Assembly: GCA_950054485.1 (NCBI GenBank)
Contig: CATLPD010000001.1
Location: 544,798-608,797, forward strand
Reading direction: 5' to 3'
Length of the DNA stretch: 64,000 nt
From: an uncultured Alphaproteobacteria bacterium
Lineage (GTDB): Bacteria; Pseudomonadota; Alphaproteobacteria; Micavibrionales; CSBR16-224
Shown here piece after piece: positions 36,056-46,291 of the stretch (within the stretch, counting starts at the first letter, position 1; each line of letters begins with the position of its first letter). Made by a program: the position numbers and the translations under genes. The notes beneath the pieces are model-generated. The model was not told the DNA's origin. It saw only the letters and a program-made list of their open reading frames with translations, and did no database searches.

Positions 36056-37704
36056 GCTTCTTTCAGGCGGGAGCGGTGCAATTCGCCTGCTTCCTCAAGG
36101 GTTGGATATCCAACCATCGTTAGATAACTCTGAATACGACGCAGGTCGCGGAAAACATCCAGATGCAGGCTGGATGTTGAATGGGTTTCTGATACACCCT
36201 CGCGCAGGCGGCGCATATGTTTTTCAGATGTCTGGATTTCCATTTCACGCAGTTTCATTTTGCCATGGAAAAGTTGGCGCGCCATTTTCAGATCATTCGT
36301 CATGAAGACATGCTGGGCCAATGTCAAATTCTCCAGCACATGATGGTAAGCTTCTGAAATTTCCTTGAAACCTTCATCGGAAAAGGTCAGATGCTTGCGG
36401 ATTTTTTTATCGCATAATTCCAAAAGGCTTTTATCGATGATGTCACCGATATGCTCTAGATTGGTGGCAAAGCTGAGGATCTGCTGATGGCGGATCGCCT
36501 CTTTTTCGGTCAGACTTTCATTTGTGATACGTGCCAGATATTTCTTAACGGCATCATATAAAATATCGACGCGGTTATCCGATTTACTGACTTTGCGCAT
36601 CATTTCGGCATTGTCGGTGCGCAAAACCTCAAGGGTGTTTTTCATCATGCGTGAGACAGTATCGCTGATGCGAAGGGTTTCGCGTTCGGCACTGGCAAGG
36701 GCGGCCTGCGGTGTTTCAAAGGCCGAGTAATCCAGATAACGCGGTTGGTCCTTGTCATCTGCTGATGATTTATCAGGTAGAATGCGGCTGACGATCTTAT
36801 TGATGAAACCAATAAAGGGCAGCATCATAATGGCAAGGCCTATATTAAACGCTGTATGGAAGTTTACGAGCATGCGTGCCGGATCTGTTGACAGGTCAAC
36901 CAGAAAGGGTTGAATAAGATGGATAAAGGGCATAACAAAAACGATACCGGCAAAGCGCATAATCAAATTGGCAAGCGGGATGCGGCGTCCGACCGATTTC
37001 TCGCTGAGGGTATCAACATAGGCGATAATACCGCTGCCAAGGTTTGCCCCCAAAACCAGAACCAGACCCAGCATCACCGGGATCGCCCCTGTAAGGGTAA
37101 AAGATGCGAAAAGCAGAACCATCGCAAGCGACGAATGCACCAGCCAAGTCAGAATTGCAGCGAACAGAATCGCGAGAACAGGTTCTTGTGAAAGCGGGAT
37201 AATCAGCACGTGCAGCGCTTCGGAATCGCGCAGCGGGGCTGAAACATCAACAACAATTTGCAATGACAGCAATATGAGGGCGATACCCAGAAACGCATTT
37301 CCCAGATATTTGTAATATCCACCGCCTTTTTTTATGCGGGTCAGGCTGTAGCCCGAAAAGAGCATCACCGGAACCAGCCAATCCAGATCGAAAATCAGGA
37401 TTTGTGCGGCCAATGTCGTGCCGATATCGGCCCCCAGAACCAGCGAAATCCCGGCAAGGGTTGATAAAAGCCCCTTTGATGCAAAGGACGCTGCAATAAG
37501 GGTCACGGCAGTCGAGCTTTGCAGGCCCATGGCAATGGCAGCGCCTGAAAAAAGCCCAAGAAAACGGTTTTTAGTCGAGCGGGTGATAAAGCGACGCAAT
37601 TCTGCCCCAAAGGCACGATTCAGGCCTGTTGAGACCAGACGCACGCCCCACAAGAGAAGGCAAACTCCACCAATAATGTGAATAAGAATTGCTGTTGCGC
37701 TCAT
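36052..37704 (-). CDS. Na+/phosphate cotransporter family protein with C-terminal PhoU-like repeats
   Basis: The N-terminal polytopic Na_Pi_cotrans-like membrane region has GANLGS and GADIGTT motifs. The C-terminus is helical and PhoU-like. Confidence 0.85.
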   Translation of the reverse strand: MSATAILIHIIGGVCLLLWGVRLVSTGLNRAFGAELRRFITRSTKNRFLGLFSGAAIAMGLQSSTAVTLIAASFASKGLLSTLAGISLVLGADIGTTLAAQILIFDLDWLVPVMLFSGYSLTRIKKGGGYYKYLGNAFLGIALILLSLQIVVDVSAPLRDSEALHVLIIPLSQEPVLAILFAAILTWLVHSSLAMVLLFASFTLTGAIPVMLGLVLVLGANLGSGIIAYVDTLSEKSVGRRIPLANLIMRFAGIVFVMPFIHLIQPFLVDLSTDPARMLVNFHTAFNIGLAIMMLPFIGFINKIVSRILPDKSSADDKDQPRYLDYSAFETPQAALASAERETLRISDTVSRMMKNTLEVLRTDNAEMMRKVSKSDNRVDILYDAVKKYLARITNESLTEKEAIRHQQILSFATNLEHIGDIIDKSLLELCDKKIRKHLTFSDEGFKEISEAYHHVLENLTLAQHVFMTNDLKMARQLFHGKMKLREMEIQTSEKHMRRLREGVSETHSTSSLHLDVFRDLRRIQSYLTMVGYPTLEEAGELHRSRLKEA

Positions 37705-37790
37705 AAGAACTGTATGTGGTTAAAACAATATAGCGGCTGATCATAGCAAAAGAACAGACCTATTCCAAGAGCTATAAAGAAGCCCTGAAT

Positions 37791-38543
37791 TTATCGCCCA
37801 ATCAGAACGAAATAATAGTGATATGTATCGGGCGGCGGGTTTGTGGCGGCATTAGCTGATTCTATGCAGGCGCTGTATTTACCGTCAATAGATGTACCGC
37901 TGGCCTGTAGGCGTGAAAATGTATCATATGTTCCTGTAAACCAGCTGGCGGGGCTGCCGTGATAAAAGTCATTGGCTTCTTTTGGGATGGTTGAAATGAT
38001 ATTTTTATTCAAAGCCTCGCAAATGGCTTCGCTAATGTAGGGAAAAAAGAGAATTAAATCTGCAGCACTTGCAGGATCGTTTTGGCAATCTACACTGCCT
38101 GTGCCGACACCATCTATGCAAAGCAAACCAATAACAGGAGCCTCGCCGTAGTATTTTTCAGCCGATTGCGCAATATCAATCATGCCATCCATTTTAAACG
38201 GAACCATATCACCGCCGGCTTTGTGGAACATATGGCATGAACCATCAGTCGGTGAATTCGGGTTATTGTTATCATCATCCGCGTCGACATAATTTCCATC
38301 GCCGTCACTGTCGTTGTTAAAGGATATTTCATTCGCCGAACAATGGTTCAAAGTGACAAGGCGCTGGATTTTTTGCTGCATCTGCGATGCATATTGTTCG
38401 ATTTTTGCAGCATTAATGGCGGCCTGTTCTTTGTTTATGCCTGCGCCGCCGCGCCCAGATTGCGTTATGGCATAGGATAGGGCCGCGAACAAAGCGACCG
38501 CAATCAAAATCAAAAACAGGGCATTTCCATTTTCATTCTTCAT
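37791..38543 (-). CDS. Atypical pilin-like protein, third paralog, outside the main locus
   Basis: N-terminus is MKNENGNALFLILIAVALFAALSYAITQSGRGG. It has the same 6-Cys pattern and DSDGDGNYVDADDD. Confidence 0.65.
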   Translation of the reverse strand: MKNENGNALFLILIAVALFAALSYAITQSGRGGAGINKEQAAINAAKIEQYASQMQQKIQRLVTLNHCSANEISFNNDSDGDGNYVDADDDNNNPNSPTDGSCHMFHKAGGDMVPFKMDGMIDIAQSAEKYYGEAPVIGLLCIDGVGTGSVDCQNDPASAADLILFFPYISEAICEALNKNIISTIPKEANDFYHGSPASWFTGTYDTFSRLQASGTSIDGKYSACIESANAATNPPPDTYHYYFVLIGR

Positions 38544-38641
38544 TATATTATAAGCTTAGCATGAAAATATGGCGAAATTAAGGCATGTTATTGACAGTTT
38601 TAATTTTTACCGTTATGTATAAACAATACAAAGAGCTTAAA

Positions 38642-38956
38642 ATGAAAAAATTAAAAGCATTTTTTAACAGAGAGGCGCCGCGCTCAATGAATGATGTGAA
38701 GCGGAAAATCGCTAAAGCAATGACATATGAAACAGGCCGTACCAACGAATTTGGAGGTGCTATACATTTTGTTACTGTGATGGGTATAGCATATCCAGCT
38801 TTTTTGTTTTTACCGGTTGCTGTGGGGTATGTATTATGCGGTGTCATGGGCGCGGTTTCATCTACAACCTCTATAAAAATGGAACCAACGCTAAAAAAAT
38901 GGCGTGCGCTCCCCAATCAGCATATCAAACCAGAGATTAAAAAAGCGGCTGTTTAG
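38642..38956 (+). CDS. Small membrane protein, hypothetical
   Basis: Starts MKKLKAFF, with one hydrophobic hairpin (FVTVMGIAYPAFLFLPVAVGYVLCGVMG). Followed by a terminator. The opposite-strand ORF 38578-38916 is less plausible. Confidence 0.4.
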   Translation: MKKLKAFFNREAPRSMNDVKRKIAKAMTYETGRTNEFGGAIHFVTVMGIAYPAFLFLPVAVGYVLCGVMGAVSSTTSIKMEPTLKKWRALPNQHIKPEIKKAAV

Positions 38957-38966
38957 CCGCTTTTTC
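38941..38966. terminator. Bidirectional terminator shared by 38642-38956 and petC
   Basis: aaaagcggct gttt agccgctttt: a 10-bp stem with A-runs and T-runs on both sides. Confidence 0.7.
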
Positions 38967-38971
38967 TTTGA

Positions 38972-39736
38972 TTATTTCTGGTCCCGCCAGATTTTCTTTT
39001 TCGAGGCATACAAGAGGCCAGTCAAAAGCAGTAGGAACAAGATAACCTTCATTCCCATTTTCTTGCGGGCATTCAGGTTGGGCTCGGCGGCCCAGGCCAG
39101 ATATTGAGTTACATCAGCGGCGGCTTGCTCGAGGGACGCAGAATCACCATTTGAATAGGTAATTTGACCGTCAGCCAGTGGCGGCGGCATCGCAATTTTG
39201 TGACCCAGCATATATTCGTTCCAGTACTGACCGTCTGCCAGAGTTTCGTCTGCCGGAGCATCTTTGTAACCGGTTAAAAGGCCGTAGATATAATCTTCGC
39301 CATGTTCGCGGGCTTTGACAATTAGTGACAAATCCGGTGGCATAGCGCCATTGTTGGCATAGCGCGCAGCCTGTTCATTCGGATATGGGCTGTTAAAACG
39401 ATCAAATGGCTTACCGCTACGTTCAAACATTTCGCCGTCATCATTCGGGCCATCCTGAACCATATATTCGGCAGCGATGGTTTTGATTTCAGCCTCGGTA
39501 AAGCCGATGTCTGCCAGATTGCGGTATGACATATATTTCATCGCATGACAGGCCGAGCAGTTTTCGCGATAGATCTGATACCCGCGCTGCAGGGCGTTTT
39601 GATCATATGTGCCGAAAATTCCTTCGTGCGGCCAATCCATATCAGGCGGCATCACGGCATCTTCAGCAGCATGCGCGGTTGAGAAAGACAGGACAAACGC
39701 AAGTGTCAGAACAAATTTAAATAGATGTTTCATCAT
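38972..39736 (-). CDS. petC: Cytochrome c1 of the bc1 complex
   Basis: Signal peptide, CSACH haem-binding motif and a C-terminal TM anchor. It is the last gene of the pet operon. Confidence 0.9.
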   Translation of the reverse strand: MMKHLFKFVLTLAFVLSFSTAHAAEDAVMPPDMDWPHEGIFGTYDQNALQRGYQIYRENCSACHAMKYMSYRNLADIGFTEAEIKTIAAEYMVQDGPNDDGEMFERSGKPFDRFNSPYPNEQAARYANNGAMPPDLSLIVKAREHGEDYIYGLLTGYKDAPADETLADGQYWNEYMLGHKIAMPPPLADGQITYSNGDSASLEQAAADVTQYLAWAAEPNLNARKKMGMKVILFLLLLTGLLYASKKKIWRDQK

Positions 39737-40995
39737 GATTTTGTGTCCTCATGAATTGATTTCGGCAATGGTTTCGTTTTTTCAAAGCGCGGCAAGAAAG
39801 GCACCAACACCAGGAAAAAGAAGAAATAATAGGCTGTTGAAAGCTGTGCGACCAACAGTGGAACGCCTTCGGCTGCTTCCTGTCCGGCCCAGCCCAATGC
39901 CACGAATGCGATCAGCAACAAGATGATAGCAGGACGGTACATCGGGCGATAACGTGCCGAGCGTACAGGCGAGCGGTCAAGCCATGGCAGGCCCAGCCAA
40001 ATCAGGATCGATCCGAACATCGCCAGAACCCCTTGCAATTTCGCAGGCAGGATCACGATATCCGTAAACGGAATAATCAAATCAGCTGTGAAAGAACGCA
40101 AAATCGCATAGAACGGCAGGAAATACCATTCGGGCACAATATGTAGCGGTGTTTGCATCGCGTTATACGGCACATAGTGATCGGCATGGTTCAAAAAGTT
40201 CGGCGCATAGAAAATAACAGCGAACATGATCACGGCAAAAACACCCAGACCGAACATATCTTTGGTCGTGTAATAAGGTGTGAAGGGTACGGTATCATTC
40301 TTTGTTTTTGGCTCGACGCCTGTCGGGTTGTTTGACCCTGTAATGTGAAGTGCCCATACGTGCAGAAACACAACAGCACAGATGACGAACGGCAACAGGA
40401 AATGCAGCGCAAAGAAACGGTTCAGGGTCGGGTTATCAACCGCGAAACCACCCCATAGCCATGTGACAATCGAGTCGCCGACAATCGGGAAGGCCCCGAA
40501 CAGGGACGTAATCACGTTCACGCCCCAGCCAGACATCTGGCTCCATGGCAGGGAATAGCCCATAAAGGCTGTTGCCATCATCAATAAGAAGATCAGAACG
40601 CCGAAGATCCAGATCAATTCACGCGGTGCTTTGTATGAGCCATAGTAAAGACCACGGAAAATATGGATATAAACAGCAATAAAGAAGAAGGACGCCCCAT
40701 TCATGTGCGTATAGCGCAATAGCCAGCCGTAATTGACATCACGCATGATGCGTTCGACAGAATCAAAAGCATAGTCAACGTGTGGTGTATAGGACATCGC
40801 CAAAACAATGCCGGTGACAATCATCAAAACCAGCATGAACATGGCGATCGCGCCGAAATTCCAGAAATAGTTGAAGTTTTTCGGAGTCGGGAATTGTGAA
40901 TATTCCTTGTCCATCATGGTAAAGATCGGCAGACGCTGATCAATCCATTCAACGACTTTGTTATCAAAGGGCTGTCTGTTTTTTGAACTTGCCAT
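39733..40995 (-). CDS. petB: Cytochrome b of the bc1 complex
   Basis: 420 aa and polytopic. Typical motifs are [17 protein letters not shown] and [13 protein letters not shown]. Confidence 0.95.
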   Translation of the reverse strand: MASSKNRQPFDNKVVEWIDQRLPIFTMMDKEYSQFPTPKNFNYFWNFGAIAMFMLVLMIVTGIVLAMSYTPHVDYAFDSVERIMRDVNYGWLLRYTHMNGASFFFIAVYIHIFRGLYYGSYKAPRELIWIFGVLIFLLMMATAFMGYSLPWSQMSGWGVNVITSLFGAFPIVGDSIVTWLWGGFAVDNPTLNRFFALHFLLPFVICAVVFLHVWALHITGSNNPTGVEPKTKNDTVPFTPYYTTKDMFGLGVFAVIMFAVIFYAPNFLNHADHYVPYNAMQTPLHIVPEWYFLPFYAILRSFTADLIIPFTDIVILPAKLQGVLAMFGSILIWLGLPWLDRSPVRSARYRPMYRPAIILLLIAFVALGWAGQEAAEGVPLLVAQLSTAYYFFFFLVLVPFLPRFEKTKPLPKSIHEDTKS

Positions 40996-41018
40996 TTTTA
41001 TTGTCCTTTTGTGAGTCT

Positions 41019-41558
41019 TTAACCGATGCGGATGACGCTGTCGGAAACAAATGTATAGGGTGGAACCTCGAGGTTTTTAGGCGCGGGGCCTTTGCGGATA
41101 CGGCCGGATTCATCATAGTGCGAACCGTGACACGGGCAGAACCAGCCGCCATATTCCCCTTTGGGTTGGCCTGATTTATTACCCAGTGGCACACAGCCAA
41201 GGTGTGTACATACGCCGACCATGACCAGCCATTCGGGCTTTTGAACGCGCTCGCTATCGGTTTGTTTGTCACGCAGTTGCGACATGTCGACGCTTTCAGC
41301 CTCGGCAATTTCGGCCGCGGTGCGGTGACGAATAAAGACCGGCTTACCGCGCCATACAACGGTGATGGCCTGGCCCTGTTCGACAGCTGCGATATTGACT
41401 TCGGTCTCGGCAACAGCCAGAACGTCCTTTGACGGGTTCATAGAGTCAACAAAAGGCCAGACGGCAGCGCCTGCGCCAACTGCGCCCATTGCAGCTGTGG
41501 TGAGATAAAGAAAATCACGACGTGTTTGGGGGTGTTCCTGTTTTTGTTTAACCGCCAT
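41019..41558 (-). CDS. petA: Ubiquinol-cytochrome c reductase Rieske iron-sulfur subunit
   Basis: TAT-like leader TRRDFL. The 2Fe-2S motifs CTHLGC and CPCHGS are present. Confidence 0.95.
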   Translation of the reverse strand: MAVKQKQEHPQTRRDFLYLTTAAMGAVGAGAAVWPFVDSMNPSKDVLAVAETEVNIAAVEQGQAITVVWRGKPVFIRHRTAAEIAEAESVDMSQLRDKQTDSERVQKPEWLVMVGVCTHLGCVPLGNKSGQPKGEYGGWFCPCHGSHYDESGRIRKGPAPKNLEVPPYTFVSDSVIRIG

Positions 41559-41686
41559 TTTTATAATCCTGAATTATTGGTTTTAAAGCGTTGGCTTGTT
41601 TATGGCAGAATTGCGCCAAAATTTCCACACCTAAATAGTGTAAAAATTTTCCTTTTTTTGCAAGTTTGTTGTAATCTTTTAAGGCG

Positions 41687-42427
41687 ATGGGCGAATTATT
41701 AAACCACAAAAACTGGCCGATTTCGGGTGCCGGGCTTGATTTTATCAAGATTATGGCAGCCATATTGATGTTAATTGACCATATTGATCATATCGTTCTG
41801 GACCGCGAGGCCGTGGGTATGTTCTTTATCGGGCGCGGGGCTTATCCGTTGTTTGCCTTTGCCTGTGCGGCATCTTTTATCCGCGGCGGGCTGGATAAGG
41901 CCCCAAAATATGCTAAAAACCTGATCTTATGGGGTCTTATTGTCGTGCCTGTTTCCTGGATGACACGTGATACGACGGCAGCAAATATCCTGTTTACCCT
42001 TGCGATCGGCGCAGGCCTATTGCCGTTTTTGATCAAAATCGGAGTCGCTGGCCGTGCCGTCATTTTTACATCGGCCGTTCTATCGCTTTATTTTACAAAT
42101 ATTGTCGAATTTGGGTTTCTGGGGGCGCTGGCGCCAGCCGGGTTCTATCTGGTCATGACAGGTCAGAAAGACGGCACATTCTGGCTGGTGATTACGTTGG
42201 CTTTGATGAATTTCGGCGGATTTATGCATGAGGTTGAAGGTTTCGGTGCAATCGAGATTTTGATTATGTTTTTTGTTGCCGCCGCCACGATCGGATTTTC
42301 ATGGTTGGTTTTGAAGTTGGCCGAGGGCATGAAGAGGAATGAGAAAAGGCTGCTGTCAAAATATTTTCTGCATATATTTTATCCGGCGCATATGATCGGA
42401 CTTGCGCTGATAAAGCCGTTTGTATAG
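41687..42427 (+). CDS. TraX-family membrane protein (acyltransferase-like)
   Basis: LDFIKIMAAILMLIDHI and a polytopic layout are typical of the TraX family. Confidence 0.7.
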   Translation: MGELLNHKNWPISGAGLDFIKIMAAILMLIDHIDHIVLDREAVGMFFIGRGAYPLFAFACAASFIRGGLDKAPKYAKNLILWGLIVVPVSWMTRDTTAANILFTLAIGAGLLPFLIKIGVAGRAVIFTSAVLSLYFTNIVEFGFLGALAPAGFYLVMTGQKDGTFWLVITLALMNFGGFMHEVEGFGAIEILIMFFVAAATIGFSWLVLKLAEGMKRNEKRLLSKYFLHIFYPAHMIGLALIKPFV

Positions 42428-42438
42428 ATTTGGCCATT

Positions 42439-42891
42439 ATGAGATTAGCCCTGTACCAACCCGATATCCCGCAAAATACCGGCACATTGATGCGCCTGTG
42501 CGCAGCAATGGATGTGCCGCTTGATATCATCGAGCCGTGCGGCTTTGCCCTTGATGAAAAAAAAGTCCGCAGATCCGCGATGGATTATTTCGATTATCTG
42601 AATTTGACGCGTCACGCCAGTTGGGAAGCGTTTCAGCAGCAGTTTAAAGACCGCCGCCTGGTTTTACTGACTACAAAAACCGATGTGCTTTATACGGGGT
42701 TTGAATTTCATGCCGATGATATTCTGATGGCTGGGCGCGAAAGTGCGGGCGTGCCGGATGATGTTCACAACATATGTGATGCGCGCATACGCGTTCCGAT
42801 GGCAGCGGACATCAGATCGTTGAACGTTGCCGTAAGCTGTTCGATGGTTTTGGGTGAAGCGCTGCGTCAAACACAACAGTTTCCGGAGTAA
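42439..42891 (+). CDS. trmL: tRNA (cytidine/uridine(34)-2'-O)-methyltransferase, SpoU family
   Basis: MRLALYQPDIPQNTGTLMRLCAA and the C-terminal SLNVAVSCSMVLGEALRQ match TrmL. ATG at 42439; the track start at 42430 is TTG. Confidence 0.88.
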   Translation: MRLALYQPDIPQNTGTLMRLCAAMDVPLDIIEPCGFALDEKKVRRSAMDYFDYLNLTRHASWEAFQQQFKDRRLVLLTTKTDVLYTGFEFHADDILMAGRESAGVPDDVHNICDARIRVPMAADIRSLNVAVSCSMVLGEALRQTQQFPE

Positions 42892-42894
42892 TCA

Positions 42895-43806
42895 ATGGAT
42901 TTGCATGCTTTATATAAAGACAATTTGATGTCGTCCGACGGATACACCAACACGCCGGATGATGCCAAACAACAGGCCGAGAACTGGTTCAGACAATTGC
43001 GCGATGATATATGCGCAGCGCTGGAGAAACTGGAAGAAGACTGCACACATACAGATTGGGCCCCCGCGACATTCCAGCGCCAAAGCTGGCAGCGCGATCA
43101 AAATCCGGATGGGAGTGACGGCGGCGGCGGGACAATGTCGGTTATGCGCGAGGGACGCGTTTTTGAAAAGGCGGGCGTTAATATTTCGACCGTGCACGGT
43201 GAATTTTCGGAAAATTTTCGCGGGCAAATACCCGGAACGGAAGACAGCGGCGCATTCTGGGCCAGCGGTCTTAGCCTTGTTATGCACCCCAGATCCCCGC
43301 ATGTGCCGCCGATCCATATGAATACACGTCACATCATTACGGGCAAATCATGGTTTGGCGGCGGGATCGATTTAAACCCGATCACACCGAATGACCAGGA
43401 TACGGATATGTTCCGCGAGGCTTTGTACCGGGCATGTGAAAAACATGATGCGCAGTATTATCCTGATTTCAGTCGCTGGTGCGATGAATATTTCTATCTG
43501 CCGCATCGGGACGAACACCGTGGCATTGGCGGTATATTCTATGATTATCTGAACAGCGGCGATTGGCAGAAAGACTATGCTTATACCCAGGATGTCGGGC
43601 GTTGTTTTGTTGATATCTATCCCAAAATAGTTGCCGCCCATATGAATAAGGACTGGAGTGATGAGGAGCGCGAATATCAATTGATGCGTCGCGGACGCTA
43701 TGTTGAATTTAACCTGTTATATGACAGGGGCACTGTATTCGGCCTGAAGACTGGCGGGAATACCGATGCGATATTGATGTCCTTGCCCCCTCTCGCAAAA
43801 TGGTGA
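42895..43806 (+). CDS. hemF: Oxygen-dependent coproporphyrinogen III oxidase
   Basis: WFGGGIDLNP, RRGRYVEFNLLYDRGTVFGLKTGGN and ILMSLPP are HemF signatures. Confidence 0.93.
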   Translation: MDLHALYKDNLMSSDGYTNTPDDAKQQAENWFRQLRDDICAALEKLEEDCTHTDWAPATFQRQSWQRDQNPDGSDGGGGTMSVMREGRVFEKAGVNISTVHGEFSENFRGQIPGTEDSGAFWASGLSLVMHPRSPHVPPIHMNTRHIITGKSWFGGGIDLNPITPNDQDTDMFREALYRACEKHDAQYYPDFSRWCDEYFYLPHRDEHRGIGGIFYDYLNSGDWQKDYAYTQDVGRCFVDIYPKIVAAHMNKDWSDEEREYQLMRRGRYVEFNLLYDRGTVFGLKTGGNTDAILMSLPPLAKW

Positions 43807-43876
43807 GAACCTTTTCATAAGCTTGACTCGGCGCTTCCGAGGTGCTAAAAATCAGCCAATCATTACAGGGAGAGAC

Positions 43877-44896
43877 ATGAGCGGGATTTTCAAATCCATA
43901 AAATCGCAATGGGAGGCATTGACGGACGTCAAGCGCCATGAACAGTCGCGCAGTCTGGCCCCGTTGTTTGATGCGATTGACCGTGATGATGTTGATGCGG
44001 TTCGACTGATTGTAAAAAATAACCCAGGCTTTCTGAATACATATAGTTTAAAGGGTGAAACCGCCCTGCATCGTGCCGTTAAAAACGGGTCGGTTAAAAT
44101 GACGCGTGCGCTGATATCGGCAGGCGCGGATATTAACCTGAAGGTTAAGGCGGTTGGCCCATATGACAGTTTGATCCATCTGGCGGTTTTGTCTGATAAT
44201 CCTGATATGATCCCATTATTGAATTCAATTGGAATATCGCTGACAACAAAAGCGAAAAACATGCTGACACCACTGCGGCAGGCGATCAATATGAACAAAC
44301 CGGATATGGTTAAGGCGCTGATTGATGCAGGGGCTGATCCGTTTGAAAGCATGGTCAAAAATGGCCCGCCGCCACTGACATCTGCAATGTTTGAAAACAA
44401 ACGTGATGCTTTGCAGGGGATGCTGTCTTTTCCCGAAGTTCAGAAAACCCTGAGCTATGAATTTGCAAATCGCCACAATAAGGGTGTGCGTCCTGTCTTT
44501 GTATCACTGGAGATGGGGTATCTGGATACCGCCCGCCAAATCTTTGACATGGGGTTGCCGGTCAATTGTGTTGATGAAAAAGGAAATACACCGCTGCATT
44601 GGGCTATATATCACAAAGATGCAGATTTCGTACAATATCTGGTTGAAAAAGGTGCCGATATCAAGGGTGTATATAATAAATCGGGCCTGACCCCGTTTCA
44701 TTTGCTGTGCACCAAGGCGCATGAATTCAAACAGGATGACCTGCAGCGCATATTCGATCTTTTGACAGCCTATGGCGGAGAAATTCTGGAAGAAACCAAG
44801 AGCCATAAATCACTGAATAAGATCATCGGTTCAAGCAAGAACGAGCGTTTCAAAAACTCAGTCAAAGATTACCAGTCGGGATTTCCCAAAAACTGA
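43877..44896 (+). CDS. Ankyrin-repeat protein
   Basis: Several ANK repeats are present, including GETALHRAVKNGSVKMTRALISAGADIN, LTPLRQAINMNKPDMVKALIDAGADP and GNTPLHWAIYHKDADFVQYLVEKGADI. ATG at 43877 follows agggagag. Confidence 0.85.
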   Translation: MSGIFKSIKSQWEALTDVKRHEQSRSLAPLFDAIDRDDVDAVRLIVKNNPGFLNTYSLKGETALHRAVKNGSVKMTRALISAGADINLKVKAVGPYDSLIHLAVLSDNPDMIPLLNSIGISLTTKAKNMLTPLRQAINMNKPDMVKALIDAGADPFESMVKNGPPPLTSAMFENKRDALQGMLSFPEVQKTLSYEFANRHNKGVRPVFVSLEMGYLDTARQIFDMGLPVNCVDEKGNTPLHWAIYHKDADFVQYLVEKGADIKGVYNKSGLTPFHLLCTKAHEFKQDDLQRIFDLLTAYGGEILEETKSHKSLNKIIGSSKNERFKNSVKDYQSGFPKN

Positions 44897-44947
44897 TTCC
44901 CGTATTTTCGGCCTGTATTTATTATGATATAAATAAATAAAAACGGA

Positions 44948-45301
44948 TTGGGTATGTTGCGCATAATTTTCATTTTTATATTTCTGTTCTTCCCACTGTT
45001 GGCGGCGAAGGCAGAAGAGCTGCCGAAACGCGGACATGCAGTCGTGACGTCGCCGCAAAACTGTGCGGCTTTGATGGAAGATGAAGAAGGGGCTGTTCCG
45101 GCCATACATTATATGACCCACGCTTATAAAAGATGTATCGAAAGATCGCGGAAAATCATGCGTGTCGATCAAAAGGATAAGCCTGAAAATGATACACGGG
45201 AAATTAACCAGAATAACGTATCATACAGTAATGATGAAGCGGCTCATAACAATTATTACCGCGTAACGCCGCGTCATAAGGAAGAAGATAATGATGAATA
45301 G
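44948..45301 (+). CDS. Small secreted protein, hypothetical
   Basis: Signal peptide is MLRIIFIFIFLFFPLLAAKA, followed by a charged mature part. Confidence 0.5.
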   Translation: MGMLRIIFIFIFLFFPLLAAKAEELPKRGHAVVTSPQNCAALMEDEEGAVPAIHYMTHAYKRCIERSRKIMRVDQKDKPENDTREINQNNVSYSNDEAAHNNYYRVTPRHKEEDNDE

Positions 45302-45803
45302 ATTTTTGAATATTTTCGCATTGATCATGTTGGTTTCGATCACGCCTGCCATGGCGCAAAGTGAAGCCTATAGTTTTGATGTTGATTCCAAAGCAAGGTC
45401 TTCTGTTACAACGAGCGAGAAAAAGGCGCAAACAACGGATAATAAGCCCGATAATAATGAAAGTCAGCCCGCGGCTGATGAAACGGCCGTGCAGCTTGAA
45501 ACCACAAAGCCGGAAACGTCCCCCGCCCCTACTAAGGAAGAGGTAAAGAGGGAAGATGACCCCTGTGCTGCCTATAAAAGTGCGCGGGGCAAGCTGATTT
45601 GCCAGGATCGTATAGCAAAAATAGAGCGCATGAAATCTGCGAAAGAAAGCCGGGCTACGTTGTATAAGCCACAGGCCGCCGAAAAAGAATCGGAGGAAGC
45701 TGAAACTGTAAGTACAGAAGCGAATTCCGATGCTGATGCTGAACTTGAGGCCGAGGCGGGCGCTCAAAACCCCAATAACACTGAAGAAAACACGGAAAAG
45801 TAA
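45291..45803 (+). CDS. Secreted acidic low-complexity protein
   Basis: Signal peptide ends TPAMA. The sequence is Glu/Lys/Thr/Pro-rich. It overlaps the upstream gene by 11 nt. Confidence 0.55.
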   Translation: MMNRFLNIFALIMLVSITPAMAQSEAYSFDVDSKARSSVTTSEKKAQTTDNKPDNNESQPAADETAVQLETTKPETSPAPTKEEVKREDDPCAAYKSARGKLICQDRIAKIERMKSAKESRATLYKPQAAEKESEEAETVSTEANSDADAELEAEAGAQNPNNTEENTEK

Positions 45804-45890
45804 ATAAATTGCAAAAAACGCAATTTATTTATTGACAGTCGGGGTTATATTTGTTAGCCTGTATATAGAGTTAATAATTATATCTAGTCA

Positions 45891-45913
45891 AAAGCGCCGG
45901 TGTGGCGCTTTTT
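45891..45913 (+). terminator. Rho-independent terminator
   Basis: aaagcgcc ggtgt ggcgcttt followed by ttgtgttt. Confidence 0.7.
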
Positions 45914-45935
45914 GTGTTTCCGGAGAAAATTGAGA

Positions 45936-46289
45936 ATGTCGCAATTCTTTATCGAGTTCAAAGACTGTAAAGCCGATCTGGTGCCCAGTCTGGAGCTGAT
46001 CGAAAAAATAGAAGAGCAATTTGGCGCGCTGCAAAGCATTTTACAGCGGATCAAAGCCGGCCAGATGACGTTGCATGATCATAAAGAGTTGATCGGTCTG
46101 GTTTTTGAAAAAAATAATATGGATTTGGAGGGACTGGTCAAAGAAGAAGGTGTTTCAGGCTTGATCCGAAGAAATATCAAAATTATCGGCCTCTGTTTGG
46201 CTGGCCTGAACGGTATCGAAAGCCTTTATCAGGAGGCCGAAAGCCTGGGAAAGCCTGTAACGACAGAGCCCACAACTTTGACAGACTGA
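45936..46289 (+). CDS. GTA g10-like tail assembly chaperone family protein (tentative)
   Basis: At 117 aa, its size and the pattern FKDCKADLVPSLELIEKIEEQFG...TLHDHKELIGL resemble 'gene transfer agent family protein' sequences. An SD (ggagaaaa) precedes the start. Confidence 0.45.
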   Translation: MSQFFIEFKDCKADLVPSLELIEKIEEQFGALQSILQRIKAGQMTLHDHKELIGLVFEKNNMDLEGLVKEEGVSGLIRRNIKIIGLCLAGLNGIESLYQEAESLGKPVTTEPTTLTD

Positions 46290-46291
46290 TT

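Noticed and set aside
38578-38916. 112-aa minus-strand ORF overlapping 38642-38956
   Set aside because: The plus-strand alternative ends at a clear terminator and has a coherent TM hairpin. Both are weak, so only the plus-strand one was kept, at low confidence.
45204-45767. 187-aa minus-strand ORF
   Set aside because: It is antisense to the signal-peptide acidic protein gene (45291-45803). Its Arg/Phe/Leu-rich low-complexity translation is typical of the reverse frame of a Glu/Lys-rich gene.
45801-45831. 12-bp AT-rich inverted repeat (taaataaattgc/gcaatttattta) right after the stop of 45291-45803, considered as a terminator
   Set aside because: The stem is almost entirely A-T and is not followed by a T-run. 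The GC-stem terminator at 45891-45913 is the more credible one.
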